Shown: piece after piece, positions 12,023-24,954 of the stretch
Layout: every line of letters starts with the position of its first letter
Position numbering within the stretch: the first letter of the stretch is position 1
Assembly: GCF_902713615.1 (NCBI RefSeq)
Contig: NC_052164.1
Coordinates: 69,787,830-69,851,829 of the forward strand
DNA: 64,000 nucleotides
From: Scyliorhinus canicula
Taxonomy: Eukaryota
Direction: 5' to 3'
The notes under the pieces: model-generated
What the model saw: only the letters and a program-made list of their open reading frames with translations
The model's database searches: none
What the model was told of the DNA's origin: nothing
Program-made: the position numbers and the translations under genes

Positions 12023-12384
12023 ATGCGAGTTGTTTCTAGCTGAGAGAAGCAGTTCATGCCTCCCGGAATTATTTCTTGGAAGATTTAATCCCTTTTCTCC
12101 ACTCTTTCTCACCCGCTTCCCTCAAAATCCCAGAACAGCCCCCTGTCCACTCCTCTTAAGTGCCCCAAGGCCATAAAACAAGGAGCAAAATGAACCAAGA
12201 AACAAATTTCAGCTTTTCAACACAGTCCACATCAAATATTCACAAATTTTGCTCATATAAAACTATGAATATTACATTGTTTAAAAAATGGTAATTTTTC
12301 TCCTTATCCGATGTTTGCGTGTTTTAAGTATGTTACCCTGCTGATTCCTGCATCTGAGTACGTTGCAGTGTCCTCTCCGTACGA

Positions 12385-12690
12385 GCAGCACGGTAACACA
12401 GTGGATAGCACTGTTGCTTCACAGCTCCAGGGTCTCAGGTTCGATTCCCAGCTTGGGTCACTGTCTGTGTGGAGTTGGCACATTCTCCCCGTGTCTGCGT
12501 GGGTTTCCTCCGGGTGCTCCGGTTTCCACCCACAAGTCCCGAAAGATGTGCTGATAGGTAATTTGGTCATACTGAATTCTCCCTCAGTGTACGCAAACAG
12601 GCACCGGAATGTGGCGACTAAGGGCTGTTCATAGTGACTTCATTGCAGTGTTAATGTAAGCCTACTTTTGACAATAAAGGTGATTATTAT
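12385..12690 (+). mobile_element. V-SINE with GGCGACTA-type tail
   Basis: tRNA head, V-domain, tail GGAATGTGGCGACTA...GTAAGCCTAC...ACAATAAAG...(ATT)n. Confidence 0.88.
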
Positions 12691-13139
12691 GATCGTGGAA
12701 CACACTGCGATAAGTAATATGATAAAGCATGTAGTCTGCCATGCCCAAAATGAACCCACCTCCCCACATGAGGTCAGCTTAGTTATTTGATATTTTGGTG
12801 CACCATGCAATTTATTCATGGCATACTGAGAGTACCAGGATGAGTGTTGGGTGATGGCAGCCAGCCAAGGGATGTTGGCAGCTTGATCTATATTAGACAA
12901 TGCTCTGCCATTTGGTGATATTCCCTTGAGGAAAAGTTTCGGGGTCTTGGATTACCAGATATTTTTCTGTATCCAGTAAGTCCCCATTTTAAGTTGTCCC
13001 ATTTAGTGTCATTTTGATTTGACGCTCCAGATAAAATGGGGCCAGTATGGTCACTTAGCATCCGCTTTACCGTTGTTTTGTACCAGGGATGATATAGAAC
13101 ACATCGCCTCATGGGTGCCCATTTTGGATCACTATTTCC

Positions 13140-13390
13140 CGCTCCCCGACTTTCTCCTGTACACCAACCCTCCCCTGCTCCCCAACCCTCTTCCGTTCCC
13201 CAATCCTCCCACTCGCCGCTTCCCTCCTTGACCCTCCTGCTCACCAACTCTCTCCCGCTCCTGACCTTCCCATTCCTCAGCTTCTTGACTGTCTTCCACT
13301 CCTTGGCTCTCTCCTGCTTGCCAACACTTCCCTGCTCCCCACTCACTTCCATTCCTCAACCCTCCCACTCGTTTGCCTCCCCCCTCTCAT
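13140..13390 (+). repeat. C/T-rich low-complexity tract
   Basis: Strong pyrimidine skew. Confidence 0.7.
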
Positions 13391-14018
13391 CGCACCAGGG
13401 CAGGAAAGCAGCACGCGGGAGAGTTGATGAGTGGGAGGGTCAGGTAATAGAAGAGACAGCGAATGGGATGTGAGTAGAAAGAGCAAGCATATTTACTTTA
13501 TATTTTTAAAAGTATTTAATCTTAAAAATTACATCCTTTGTGGTTGTATAAATTTCCAGGTGTAATATTTTAATACTTTTTTCTGATGAGGAAGACTCTA
13601 CATAAACTAATTGCAGCTTTTACATTGGTTGTAATGGGAATGGTTGTAATGATCCACTTCATTTAAAGTTGCCCTTTTCAGGAATGCATGGACGATTTTA
13701 AGTGAGGAACTACTGAATGTCAATGGAGGCTGCCCCTAAGTACACACTCCAAACAGGCACTTGGAGCAATGTTTAGACTTTCTAGTCACAGGTAAATAAC
13801 AATTGAGGTTGGGGTTTACAGAGAATAATGGGAAACTGGTGGACAGGATCATAAACAACCCGTGCACAGACAAGACAGCTTCCCCAAACGAGTTATAGAC
13901 TTTAGGCCGCAGTACCCGATAATGCAGTTACCATTTGCCTAGTAGTGTCACATTATTAGCCCTCTTCTGGGTCAAAATACATATTTAAGTGACATTTTGT
14001 CTCCTTTTCAAATGGCAG

Positions 14019-14190
14019 GTTTGGTGTTACGTGAACGAGACACAATATCACAGAAACTGGACAGTAGATGGGAGCACGCACCAGCTGGAGATACCCGCAC
14101 TGAATTCTGGGATTGAATACCGTGTACAGATTGCAGCAATCAATGGTGCTGGAGTAGGGGTACACACCAAACCACAGTCTATCTATCTAG
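14019..14190 (+). CDS. ROBO4: ROBO4-like exon A: C-terminal half of the membrane-proximal fibronectin type III domain
   Basis: Acceptor ctccttttcaaatggcag, donor G|gtcagt (phase 0 to 1). Encodes VWCYVNETQYHRNWTVDGSTHQLEIPALNSGIEYRVQIAAINGAGVGVHTKPQSIYL, with the Robo FN3 pattern Y.V.(V/I)AA..GAG.G. Confidence 0.88.
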
Positions 14191-14498
14191 GTCAGTAAGG
14201 AGACATCAGAAATGAGGGAAAGAAAGACCATGGGGTATGGAGCCATGGTGGTGTGTTGGTAACGTCACTGAGCCAATAATCCCGAAACCTAGGCTAAAGC
14301 TGGAGGAATGGGAGCATGTGTTCAAATCTCACTGTGGTAACTGGAGGAATTTAAATTCCATTAAAAAAATATATAAAAAATGGAATTAGTTGCAGTTATC
14401 GGTGACCACGCAACTTTCATCAATTTTGCCTTGATTCTACTGAATGGTAGAGTTGGTTCGAAGGGCCAAGGGCTGACTCCTGCATTGTAAGATCCTCT

Positions 14499-15979
14499 TA
14501 TCTCAACTCGGGATAAGGTACTCACTCCGGTTGAAGACGTATCCAAGCGCTCTTTATTTTTCAAGAATCCACTGAATACATTTGCACAAAATTAAATTGA
14601 AAAACTTTTGAGAGTACGGTTAAGATATGGGAGAGTAAAACAAAAGGCTTCAAAATAAAAGTAGTTCCAGAAAAGGCAACAAACTAAAAGTAATTTCAAC
14701 AAAGGTTTTATAAGTAATTTTCAAGGATGCTTCAAGAATCTCTGAAGGATAAAATTCTTCTAATAATCAGTCATATGGATCATATTCTTAAGGACATTCT
14801 TATCTATGGTTTAGCCCCTTATTTACTTTCATTGGTTCTAAATCTCAGCTGAGATCTCCCTTGATTTGTTCAGGAAAGTGTCAGTCACATCTACAGGTGA
14901 TTGAGTAATTAGACATTAATCAATTATATAGCACAGTGGTTAGCACTGTTGCTTCACAGTGCCAGGGTACCAGGTTTGATGCCAGGCTTGGGTCACTGTC
15001 TGAAAGGAGTCGGCACGTTCTCCCTGCATCTGCGTGGGTTTCCTCCGGGTGCTCCGGTTTCCTCCCACAAGTCCCGAAACAGTAGCTGTTAGGTAATTTG
15101 GACACTCTGAATTCTCCCTCTGTGCACCCGAACAGGCGCTGGAATGTGGTGACTCGGGCATTTCACAGTAACTTCATTGCAGTGTTAATGTAAGCCTACT
15201 TGTGACACTAATAAAGATTTTTATTATTACACCAAATGAAATTATCCTTAATCTGACACCGCATGGTTCTTATGCATTCTGCCCCACAGTCAACCTCCTT
15301 ACATCATGGCCTGTTCTGTGCTGTAATTTCTATGTTCTATGTCCAGTCTCAGCAAATGTTTTTTTTTTCCTCTTTTCTTTCTTGTTTTCCTTAGCTTTTA
15401 TTTCTTTTGTTTTACTATTATTTTTATTATTACTAATTTATTCATTAATTTATTTTAAAAGTTTAAAATATTAAAAGGGGGGAGGTATTGGATTCAACAA
15501 TTATTTTGGGGGTCCTTGAGGAGAATCAAATAAAATATACTGGAAAATAAAATGATTCTTGAAAAATTACTGAATCTGCAGAAATATGATCAAGTTATAA
15601 AAAATTGACAAAACTATTGAACCCTGACCATGACTGACTATAGATGCTGATAAATGTTTGCAAAAGATGTACTGTACAAATATGTCTAGAGAAGCGATGT
15701 GAGGGTACATTCAACAAATTTGCAACAATCTCGTAACAATGGTATAAGCTGAGACTAGACATGACGTAAGGAGTAAATTACTTTTAAAACCTTTGTTGAA
15801 ATTACTTTTATTTTGAAGCCTTTTTCTTTTACTCTCCTGTATCTCAAGGACTTTTCACTGTACTCTCAAAAGATTTTGATTTAATTTTGTGCAAATGTAT
15901 TAAGTGAATTCTTGAAAAATAAAGAGTGCTGTGGATACCTTTTCAACCGGACTGAGTACCTTATCCTGAGTAGAGGATA
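14499..15979. mobile_element. Old DNA-transposon-like element with ~210-bp imperfect terminal inverted repeats
   Basis: 14499-14720 is the reverse complement of 15774-15979 (e.g. GGATAAGGTACTCA / TGAGTACCTTATCC and ATACATTTGCACAAAATTAAAT / ATTTAATTTTGTGCAAATGTAT). Confidence 0.75.
14930..15229 (+). mobile_element. V-SINE with GGCGACTA-type tail, nested in the long-TIR element
   Basis: Same structure as 12385-12690. Confidence 0.88.
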
Positions 15980-16237
15980 TGCTCTTCCATGCTCCGAATT
16001 CATATGTTCATATCACGCCAAATTCTATGTCCCATTTCCGCCAGTTCTGTGGGTTCTCAGAAGCCTCCAGCATTGTGACTTGCATAGGTCGGGTTGAGGT
16101 GTGTCAGTCAGTTTCCTTCTCTGAGTAGGGAGGGTGAAATCACAGACCCTTGTATAGTACAAGCTGCATTTCCGCTGTTAATCCAGTTCCTCCACACTTT
16201 TAGTGTCAGTAAGTCCTCCCAACCCACTCTGAATAGG

Positions 16238-16872
16238 GGACGGGATTCTCTCACCCCATGCCCGGGCCGGACAATCGTTGGGACCGGAGAGCTGAGAATC
16301 GGCGCCATTGGCGCCGGCACGGTTGGCGTGGTGCTGGTAGGGGGCCGCTCTACGGGCCCCCCGCTCAGTGGTTCTCGGCCCAGGATGGGCTGAGCAGCCA
16401 CAACAAAAAAGCTGAGTCACGGCAGCGCCGTTCACACCTGCTCTTACCTGGCGGGACCTCGGCGTGGATGCATCCGGTGGCGGCCTGGTGGGTGGGGGAG
16501 GGGGGGAGGGCTCCGCTGTGGCCCTACCGATCGGCGGGCTGGCCTCTCGCGCTGGGGTCCTCTTTTGTTCCGCGCCGGCCCCTGTAGCCCTACGCCACGC
16601 TGCGTCGGGCCGGCACTGTGCATGTGCGTGTTGGCGCCGGTCCCACTGCGCATGCGCGCATTGCCACCGGCGCAACTGTACATGTGCAGATCCGCAGCAC
16701 CCATCTGATGCCAGGGATCGGCAGCTGGAGCGGCGTGGGTCGCTCCAGTGCCGTGCCGGCCCCCTGGAGGGGTCAGAATTTCAGCTCCTGAGGGCATGTT
16801 GACGGCGCCAAGAAACACAACGCTGTTTACGACGGCGTCAACACTTAGCCTCAGGGTCACAGAATCCCGCCC
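16238..16872. mobile_element. PIF/Harbinger-type MITE, family A
   Basis: TIRs GGACGGGATTCT / AGAATCCCGCCC; 3-bp TSD AGG; GC/CpG rich. Confidence 0.88.
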
Positions 16873-17079
16873 AGGATTTTGGGTTTGGGTCATGTAATAG
16901 CCCCATGAGGCCCATGGAGACACCACAATCGTTCTCTCCATGGGCTCATGGAGTATGAACTTCAGCGGGAGGCTTGTAAAATTGAACATAAAAGCCGGCC
17001 CAAGCAGGGACTGGCGCATTAGTTGTCCCAACCGGGACTGTGATGTGTAAATAGTTACTGCCGTGGGCAGACTTTATGT

Positions 17080-17380
17080 TCAGAACATACAGTGCAGAAG
17101 GAGGCCATTCGGCCCACCGAGTCTGCACCGAACCACTTAAGCCCTCACTTCCACCCTATCCCCGTAACCCAATAACCCCTCCCAACCTTCTTGGTCACTA
17201 AGGGCAATCTAGCATGGCCAACCCACCTAACCTGCACGTCTTTGGACTTTTGGAGGAAACCCACACAGACACGGGGAGAATGTGCAGACTCCGCACAGAC
17301 AGTGACCTAGTGGGGAATCGAACCTGGGATCGTGGCACTGTGAAGCCACTGTGCTATCCACTTGTGCTACCGTGCTGCCC
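17080..17380 (-). mobile_element. HE1-like V-SINE with CR1-type tail
   Basis: Reverse complement of tRNA head, V-domain and GGCCGAATGGCCTCCTTCTGCACTGT tail. Confidence 0.85.
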
Positions 17381-17667
17381 CAAAAAAGTAAAAATAACTT
17401 GTTTTTAGTAAAAATAAATTGTTTGCCATTCCTACCGCTGGCTTACTTCGTCATTAAACTGGGGCCGAGGCAAAAGAAAACTCCCAGCTGCCCCGGAAGA
17501 CTGCTGTGGAGCAGCGTGAGGACCTTTTTGGTAAACTGGATGCCTTTGATGCAGGCCTGAAAGATTGGGCACAATATGTGGCACGTATGAGGTACATTTT
17601 TCAGGCCAAAGCTTTTTGGGAAAAGACTGGCAAGCGATAATCTTCCTAACAACTTGATGTAAATAGT

Positions 17668-17860
17668 TTTTTCAAATTTAGAGTACCCAATTTTTTTTCC
17701 AATTAAGGGGCGATTCAGTGAGGCCAATCACCCAGCCTGCACATCTTTTGGGCTGTGGGGGTGAGACCATCGCAAACGTGGGCAGAATGGGTAAACTCCA
17801 CACGGAAAGCGACCCGGTGCAAGGACCAAACCCGGGACCCCAGCACCACCATGCCTCCCT
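17668..17860 (-). mobile_element. V-SINE short form
   Basis: AATTTAGAGTACCCAATT...CCAATTAAGGGGC end shared with other short copies. Confidence 0.8.
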
Positions 17861-19589
17861 GACTTGTAAATAGTTACTGCCGTGGGTAGACGTTATGTTT
17901 AATTAAAATTAATTTTGTCATTCCTACCACTGGCTTCCCTGGTCATTAAAGGTCAGGACCCTGACATTGGGGTCAAATGGGGGTCGCAGCACTGCATTGG
18001 TGGGGAATAGTCACCTGACAGTATTTTTTTTACTTAATTGGCAAAATAGTGACTAGAGGGTAGTTTGCCATTCAATTAAAAATTATGGGTAGGCGTCCAC
18101 AGCTGGAGAGTGCTCAGAAGATTATGGAGCCTGTACTTCTGGTAATAAAAAGATATTGAGCCCCCATATTGAGGTTTATGGCCACAGCTGAACCAGGGCA
18201 ATGGAGTGGGCCTCATAGTCTGCCCAGAGCACTAGCCTCCTGGTGCCACCAAGAGGTGTCTTCAGGCATCTACTCTCAAGGAGCCCACAGGTTGACTAGA
18301 AAATTCCAGTGGACCTTGGACTGTAGGTCATGAATAGGCCATTTTTCCTGCTTAATTGACTGCCAGTCACTTTGAGGGCAGGTTGCTGTGCCTCGAGGGA
18401 AATGGCTCAGGAGCAGGATGGAGTTGCAAACCAGAGTGCCAGCCCCTGGTGTGAATTTTAACGTCTGCCACCTCCCAATGGAGGTGGGAATCCTGTCCCC
18501 ACCCCGCACTGTCACTGACTGCATCTCTATTGATGTTAATCCAGCTCCCTCAAACTGCCAGCTCAGTAACTCCTCCCAGCCACCAGCCTGGGGTTAAAAT
18601 TCCACTGAGCGCTGCCTTTACTGTAGTGGTTAATGAATTTGTCGACAATTTCCCCCCTGAGCTATTTAAATGAAAGTAAACGGATTAATGCCCTCATTAA
18701 ACTAGCAAGCCTGGAATATATGAGCCCGTTAAAATATTGCTCAGTGGAAGCTCAGCTACTGCATCTCCACGAATGGTTATCTGTAGGTTGGCAACTTCTC
18801 CCAGTCAAGCCCATGGGCAACTGACATTGAACTCTGTAATTGAGATAATAAAGTCCCTTGCAATGGTTTTCAGTTGGGTTGTTTCCCAAAAGAGACTGAT
18901 AGTCACAGAATCTGAAAGAGTCTGATACTGTCTCTGCTCCACAATTCACAAGGTGAGAATGCCAATTACTCCTGCGGCATTTTCTCCATTAGCCGACTCC
19001 ATGAAGGAGGAGGGTGATTTTAGTGAATCAACAGACACTCGAGAACAGGACGATGCTTTATGCTTTGGCACGAGTGTGCTGAACATGCAAGATATTGAAT
19101 AATCGGTAAAAGCCTGTACAGACAGATATTTAGATGGAGGAACAGATGTGTGTTTCTTTGATACCTCGTCTGGTAGAAGAGTCTCCCCTGAAAGATGCCA
19201 CTTCTGACAGTGCAGCAGTCCCTCAGTATTGCACTGCATTGGAATCAGCTTTGGGTATGTGCTCAAGCCCCTGGAGTGCGACTCAACAATTTGAATTACT
19301 CACTGGGCTATTGTGTGCATGTAACCAAATTTCCATTGCGGTAAAGGACACGGACAAAGCTCCCCTTGCACCAGGATTTTTTTCTGAATAATTGCATTTC
19401 CAGGTTTAGCAGAAACCCAGACATAACATGGAGAATACAGGCTAAAAACCCAGACTGTGCTGAGCTGGCTGGTACTGGGTGGGACCTAGCAGTAGGGAAG
19501 TGGGGAGGAACAATCAGCCAGCATTCCTAAAGCTGGCAAGTTTGCATGTTGGGTGAGGACAGGATCTGGTTCAAGGGTGATAAAAATGG

Positions 19590-20047
19590 AAGAACACAAG
19601 AACTAGGAGAAGACGTAGGCCACTCGGCCCCTCAAGCCTTTACAACATCATGGCAGATAAGATTGCGGTCGCAATTCCTCTTTCCTGTCTGCCCCCATAA
19701 TCTGAACTGCCTTGTCGATCAAAAAATCGAATTCAGCCTTGGATACATTCATTGCTCCTTCCTGCGCTGTGCTATGAGGTAGAGAATTCATAGACGAATT
19801 CTGTGAGAGAAAAAAATTCTCTTCATCTCCATCTAGACCCCTGATTTTTAAACTGTGCCCCCCCTAGATCTAGTGTCCGGAAACTTTAGTAAAGACATGG
19901 GACGTCCACAAAGAACTTTGATTATTTACAATAGTGGTATCTACACTTCCCGGTAAATCTGTATCGGGTCTCTATACGGTCAGTGCCTTACTGGCTGAGC
20001 TTTTTTACAATGCTAAATGGAGTTCCCCCACCGCTTGGACAGGGGGT

Positions 20048-20081
<34 letters not shown>

Positions 20082-20770
20082 GGTGGCGGAGTTTGTATTC
20101 CGCGAGAAGAGAATCATTCCCGCCCCGTAAGTCCCGTGCGGGATGTTACAAAAACATTCTCCTGGCATCCACTCTGTAAAGACCCCTCATTATCTTACAT
20201 GTTTCAATTAGATCACCCCTCATTCTTCTAAACGACAGTGGCTATAATAGGCCCAAACTGTTCAATCTTTCCTCACAAGCTCATACCTTCATTCAGATAT
20301 CAGTCCAGTGAGCCTTCGCTAAACTGTTCCTAATGCAATTTTTCTCTTTTTTAAAGTAAGGAAACTTTCGAAATTGCACTCCTGATGTGGTCTCATATAA
20401 GGCCCTGTACAGCTGTGGCAGTACTTCCCTACTTTATGCTCGATTCCTTTTACAATCCTTCTGCTCTGTAGATTTCTGCAGTCTCTCTCTCCATTTAAGT
20501 AATATACTCCTTTTTTATTCTTTGTGCCAAAACGGACAAGATCACATTTTCCCTCATTATGCTCTGTCTGACAAGGTTTTACCCACTCACTTAACCTATC
20601 TAAATATTTCTGTTGACTCTAATGTGCTGCTGCAGCTTACTTTGCTATCTATTTTTGTGCCATTAGTAAATTTCGTTACTGTCCATTCAGTCCCTTTATT
20701 CAAACTTCATTGATACCGATTGCAAATAATTGACCATTGGTTCCTGTGGTACTGCACTGGTGGCAACTTG
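19590..20770 (-). mobile_element. Degraded CR1 3' fragments
   Basis: Patchy similarity to the reverse complement of the CR1 ORF2 end and tail. Confidence 0.55.
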
Positions 20771-21243
20771 CCAACCATCTCCTATGGCTGAATGACCTTT
20801 CTGTCAAAGTTAAAAGGAAAACTAGGGAGAGGAAAATCCCAGCAATTGAACCCAATGTTCTCTGAATTGGAACTACACACAGATGTTAGCTTCAGAAGGT
20901 GAACAATGGGCTGAGGTTCTGTGGGTGAGGATTTTTCATTTGTTTCGGTGTTCTGCCCACACAGTTTCCTGAATTGTTCCTGGATTGTTCCCCACTTCTC
21001 TTTGTTGGGGCCCTTTTCTGAATTCAGTCAGGGTGTTGCAAACTGGTGCCCCAAATAGGGAATTTGAGAACATAGTCCAGGCTAATGCTCTAGCAAGTGC
21101 TGCATTAGCAGAGGTTCAACTCTGTAGATGAGGTGCTACATTATGGTCCAGTCTACCTGTTCCAGTGATTATGTGGATTCTATAGATCACACAGAAGTAT
21201 TGGAAGAGCAATAGGCCATTCATGTCTGAAACAACAACCCTCA

Positions 21244-21281
<38 letters not shown>

Positions 21282-21459
21282 CCCATTCCCCTCTCGACCC
21301 TCTCTTGGCCAGTGTACCCAGTTCCGTTAGCTTGTACCCCTTCCAGGCCTTCCTGCGTCCTGGGTCGTTTAACCACATTCAGCCACAGCTCATCCTCCCT
21401 CAGCCCACATTTCCTCCTCTTGGCAAGCAGCACAAGAACCGAAGAACTGCTCACTGATG

Positions 21460-22055
21460 ACTACCTATCTGTAAAATACACTGCAGGAACTGATCAAGAC
21501 TCCTTAGGCAGATCCAAACCCACGACCACAACTATCTAGAAGGATGGGTGGCATATTGGCGCAGTGGCTAGCACTGCTGCCTCATGGCGCTGAGGTCCCA
21601 GGTTCGATCCCGGGTCACTGTCCGTGTGGAGTTTGCACGTTCTCCCCGTGTTTGTGTGGGTTTCACCCCCACAACCCAAAAGATGTGCAGGGTAAGTGGA
21701 GTGGCCACACTAAATTGCCACTTAATTGTCAAAAAAAAAATAGGGTATTCTAAATTTTAAAAAAACATCTGGAAGGACAAGGGTAGCAGATACCTGGGAA
21801 CACCACCGCCTGGAGGTTCCCTCCAAGTCACTCACCTCCCCAAGTTGGAAATATATCGCTGTTCCTTCATGGTCGCAGGGACAAAATCCTGGAACTCCCT
21901 CCCTAACCGCCTAACAGCACTGTGGGTGCAGCTACACCTCAGGGACTGCAGCAGTTCAAGTCGGCAGCTCACCACCACCTTCTCATGGGCAACTAGAGAT
22001 GGGCAATAAATGCTGGGCCTAGCCAGTGACACCCACATCCCGTAAATGGATTTTA
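21460..22055 (+). mobile_element. CR1/L2-group LINE 3' end (second family)
   Basis: Ends GGGCAATAAATGCTGG..CTAGCCAGTGAC.CCCACATCCC; homologous to 53885-54520. Confidence 0.75.
21545..21765 (+). mobile_element. V-SINE short form inserted in a LINE 3' end
   Basis: TSD-like ATCT(A/G)GAAGGA on both sides. Confidence 0.85.
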
Positions 22056-22949
22056 AACAAACATTATGGGGTCTTGTTGTGCAATGGAATAGATGCCATC
22101 CTTGCCCACATAGCAACAAAGCGATTCATTGCACGTAAAATACCTGGAGGCATTCTGAAGATATTCAGTAAGGTGCTGTAGTCTTTCTTTATCTCTGGTC
22201 TGTTCAGCCTCTTGTCCTGGGCATTAAACACTACCTGCACAACCGACTTGAAGCAGCCGAAATAAGTAATTTTGATCTCACATATGATGGATTTTAGCTC
22301 TGTGCAAGTCAGGCAAAGGTTACCTTGTGTGATCATGAAATACAACAATCTCATTTTTTTTAATAATGAAAAATCTATTCATTTATCCATTGTAGATTCT
22401 TCCTGGGCTGTGTTGCAATGAGTTGATACAGAAAACAATCATCTATCATTCGCCCTATGCTGTAGAATTGAGACAGAATTATTTCACATCATGTCGGTCA
22501 CTTGATTGGAAACGGGAAAACAGGAATTGTGTAAATTACACGCTCAGCTCCCTCATTCATCTCCATCAATCACCTGGGGTTTGATGCCAATAGACTCTGG
22601 CCCCCTTTAACACATGCAGCCCAGTTACAAAACAAAGTAAAAACAACACAACAGAAAATACAGAGTAATTTCAGAGGGCAATTTTTATGGAGTTGGGTGC
22701 AATAAAATCATTCTATGATCCCAGTCAGGAAAAATGATGGTACTTTACCAGGATGTCAAAATCACTTTTCCAGCTAAGAATGTCTGGGCTGCTTTGAAGG
22801 AAAATAAAGAATTTCATTATTATGGCACCTATTGCAACCTCAGGATATCCCAAAGCAGTTTACACCCAATTAAGTACTTTTGAAGTGTAGCCACTGTTGT
22901 AGTTGTAGGAAACAAATTTTTGTGCAGCGAACTCCCACAAACAGTAATA

Positions 22950-23250
22950 CGAACATACGAATTAGGAGGAGTAGGCTACTCCGCCCCTCGAGCCTGCTCC
23001 GCTATTCAATAAGATCATCGTTGATCCGATTGTAACTTCAACCCCACTTTCCCGCCTAGCCCTGGCAACCTTTCACCCCCTTGTTTATCAACAATCTATC
23101 TACCTCTGACTTCAAAATATTGAAAGACTCTTCTTCCAGGGTCTTTTGATGAAGAGAATTCCAAAGATTCACGATTCCCTGAGGAAACAAATTCTCCTTA
23201 TCTTTGTCTTAAATGGGTGACCCCTTATTTTTAAACAGAGACCCCTAGTT
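22950..23250 (-). mobile_element. CR1 3' end
   Basis: CCCCTCGAGCCTGCTCCGC.ATTCAATAAGATCAT tail, reverse complemented. Confidence 0.75.
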
Positions 23251-23371
23251 TTAATGTGATAATGACCAGGTAAACTGTTCCAGCGATGTTGATTTAGCAA
23301 TTAAAGGTTTCGGTTGGGGTTCTGGGAAGAACTTCCCTGCGTTTCTTTGAAATAGCACCATGGGATCTTTT

Positions 23372-23718
23372 TCATAGAATTTACAGTGCAGAAGGGGGCC
23401 ATTTGGCCCATCGAGTCTGCACCGGCTTTTGGAAAGAGCACCCTACCCAAGGACAACACCTCCACCCTATCCCCATAACCCAGTAACTCCACAAAACACT
23501 AAGGGCAATGCTGGACACGAAGGGCAATTTATCATGGCCAATCCACTAACCTGCACATCTTTGGACTGTGGGAGGAAACCGGAGCACCCGGAGGAAACCC
23601 ACGCACATACGGGGAGGATGTGCAGACTCTGCACAGACAATGACCCAAGCCGGAATCGAACCTGGGACCCTGGAGCTGTGAGGCAATTGTGCTATCCACA
23701 ATGCTACCGTGCTGCCCT
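23372..23718 (-). mobile_element. HE1-like V-SINE, full length
   Basis: Near reverse complement of 26394-26720. Confidence 0.9.
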
Positions 23719-23782
23719 TACACTTAAATCCAGTTCAGAGAGCAGACAGGGCCTTTGTTCAAGATTCAATCTGAAAAGTGGT

Positions 23783-24591
23783 CAGCCAGATTGTCCGTTC
23801 CGGAGACTAAGTATTGACGCCGGGGCAGGATTCGTGCTGTTCTACGACAGCAAAATTGGCTCCGCGCCAGGACCGATTCAGCGACCGATGAGGGACTGAG
23901 TACGGCGCCACGTGGAACATGATCGATTCCGATGTCAGGATTGACAGTAGAGAGGCTGACAAGCTGCAGCCACATATTAGTAGTCCACTCCCCACACACA
24001 CTCATCCCAGCCAACAAGATGGCACATGTTATGCTGGAGTGCAGCCATCTTGTTGATGGGTTGGTTGGGGCCAGAGGGTACCTAGGAGGGATGGCCTTGG
24101 GGGCACCCATACAACCCATGGCACTAGGTTCACAGTGAACAGCAGGCGCAGGCACATGGTTGCCTGACAGGCTGCGGCAATGATGTTGCGTTCCTGTCTA
24201 CCCCAACCCCACAGCCCACCTCTTGGCCGCCCCCCCGGTACTCCATCCTCACCCTGGCAGAAGCCCCTTTCCGTAACTCCCCTCGCCCTCTCACCAACCA
24301 CGGCACCTGGTCACGATTTTTGAAAGCACAAGTGAACTTCGCCACCGGGAATGCCTCCCAGTGGAAGAGGAGAATTGCATAGACCCGGGAGAATATCGGG
24401 TCTGGCCCGCTAATGATATCAAACGGGGTTTACTGTATGTGCGGAGTAGAATGCATTGACGCCGCTGTCGAGGCATTGGAGAATTGCGATTGGGCGTGAC
24501 CCTAGTGCTGGCCATCATTTTGACATCGAAACTGATTCTCCGCCCAATCGCCTTTCCTGATTTCAGTGTCGGCCAACGGACAGTCACATCT
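23783..24591 (+). mobile_element. Non-autonomous Harbinger derivative, family B
   Basis: Degenerate TIRs; left 240 bp homologous to the reverse complement of 55835-56099 including the Myb gene start CCAGCCAACAAGATGGCA; TSD GGT/GGC. Confidence 0.75.
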
Positions 24592-24954
24592 GGCACCTCT
24601 GATAGTGCAGCACTTCTTCAGTACTGCAGTATGGGAGCTTCTAGTGCAGTGGTCATTGCAATATATTGTTGACCGTATAAACCCACTCCCCTCATATTTA
24701 TCAATAGGCCCTCCAGCTCTGGAATGATGAAAGTATCAAATTGCAAAGGGCACAAAATGCTCTCGTAAACGTTTGGGCAGGGGGAGGGGCATGAGTTGGT
24801 GCTAATCCAGGCTAGAAACGTGGCTTTGAACCCCCCCCAATAATAGCAGGACATTTAAATTTTCATACCTTTTGAAGTGAACACCCCCCCCCCCCCCCCC
24901 CTCCACACACACACACACACACACGGGGTCATACAGGACAAGGGGAGGAACCCA

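Larger units (their letters stand above)
16893..17948 (+). mobile_element. Degenerate Gypsy LTR element (LTR, PBS, gag stub, partial LTR) interrupted by two SINEs
   Basis: Direct repeat TGTAAATAGTTACTGCCGTGGG...CATTCCTACC.CTGGCTT (17046-17457 and 17865-17948); PBS-like TGGGGCCGAGG about 17460; LFGKLDAFDAGLKDWAQYVARMRYIFQA at about 17524-17610. Confidence 0.65.
23255..24640 (-). mobile_element. Deu-domain SINE (SacSINE1/AmnSINE-like), split by an HE1 SINE and a Harbinger derivative
   Basis: GATAATGACCAG...GAAATAG.ACCATGGGATCTTTT...CTGAAA..TGGCACCTCTGA.AGTGCAGCAC pieces. Confidence 0.7.

Noticed and set aside
1-14018. Upstream ROBO exon (first half of the FN3 domain)
   Set aside because: No convincing exon found by eye; it probably lies before the window, but a small exon could have been missed.
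16094-17031. Overlapping GC-rich ORFs in MITEs (also 24877-25706, 31578-32213, 59850-61092)
   Set aside because: High GC suppresses stops; frames are not conserved between MITE copies.
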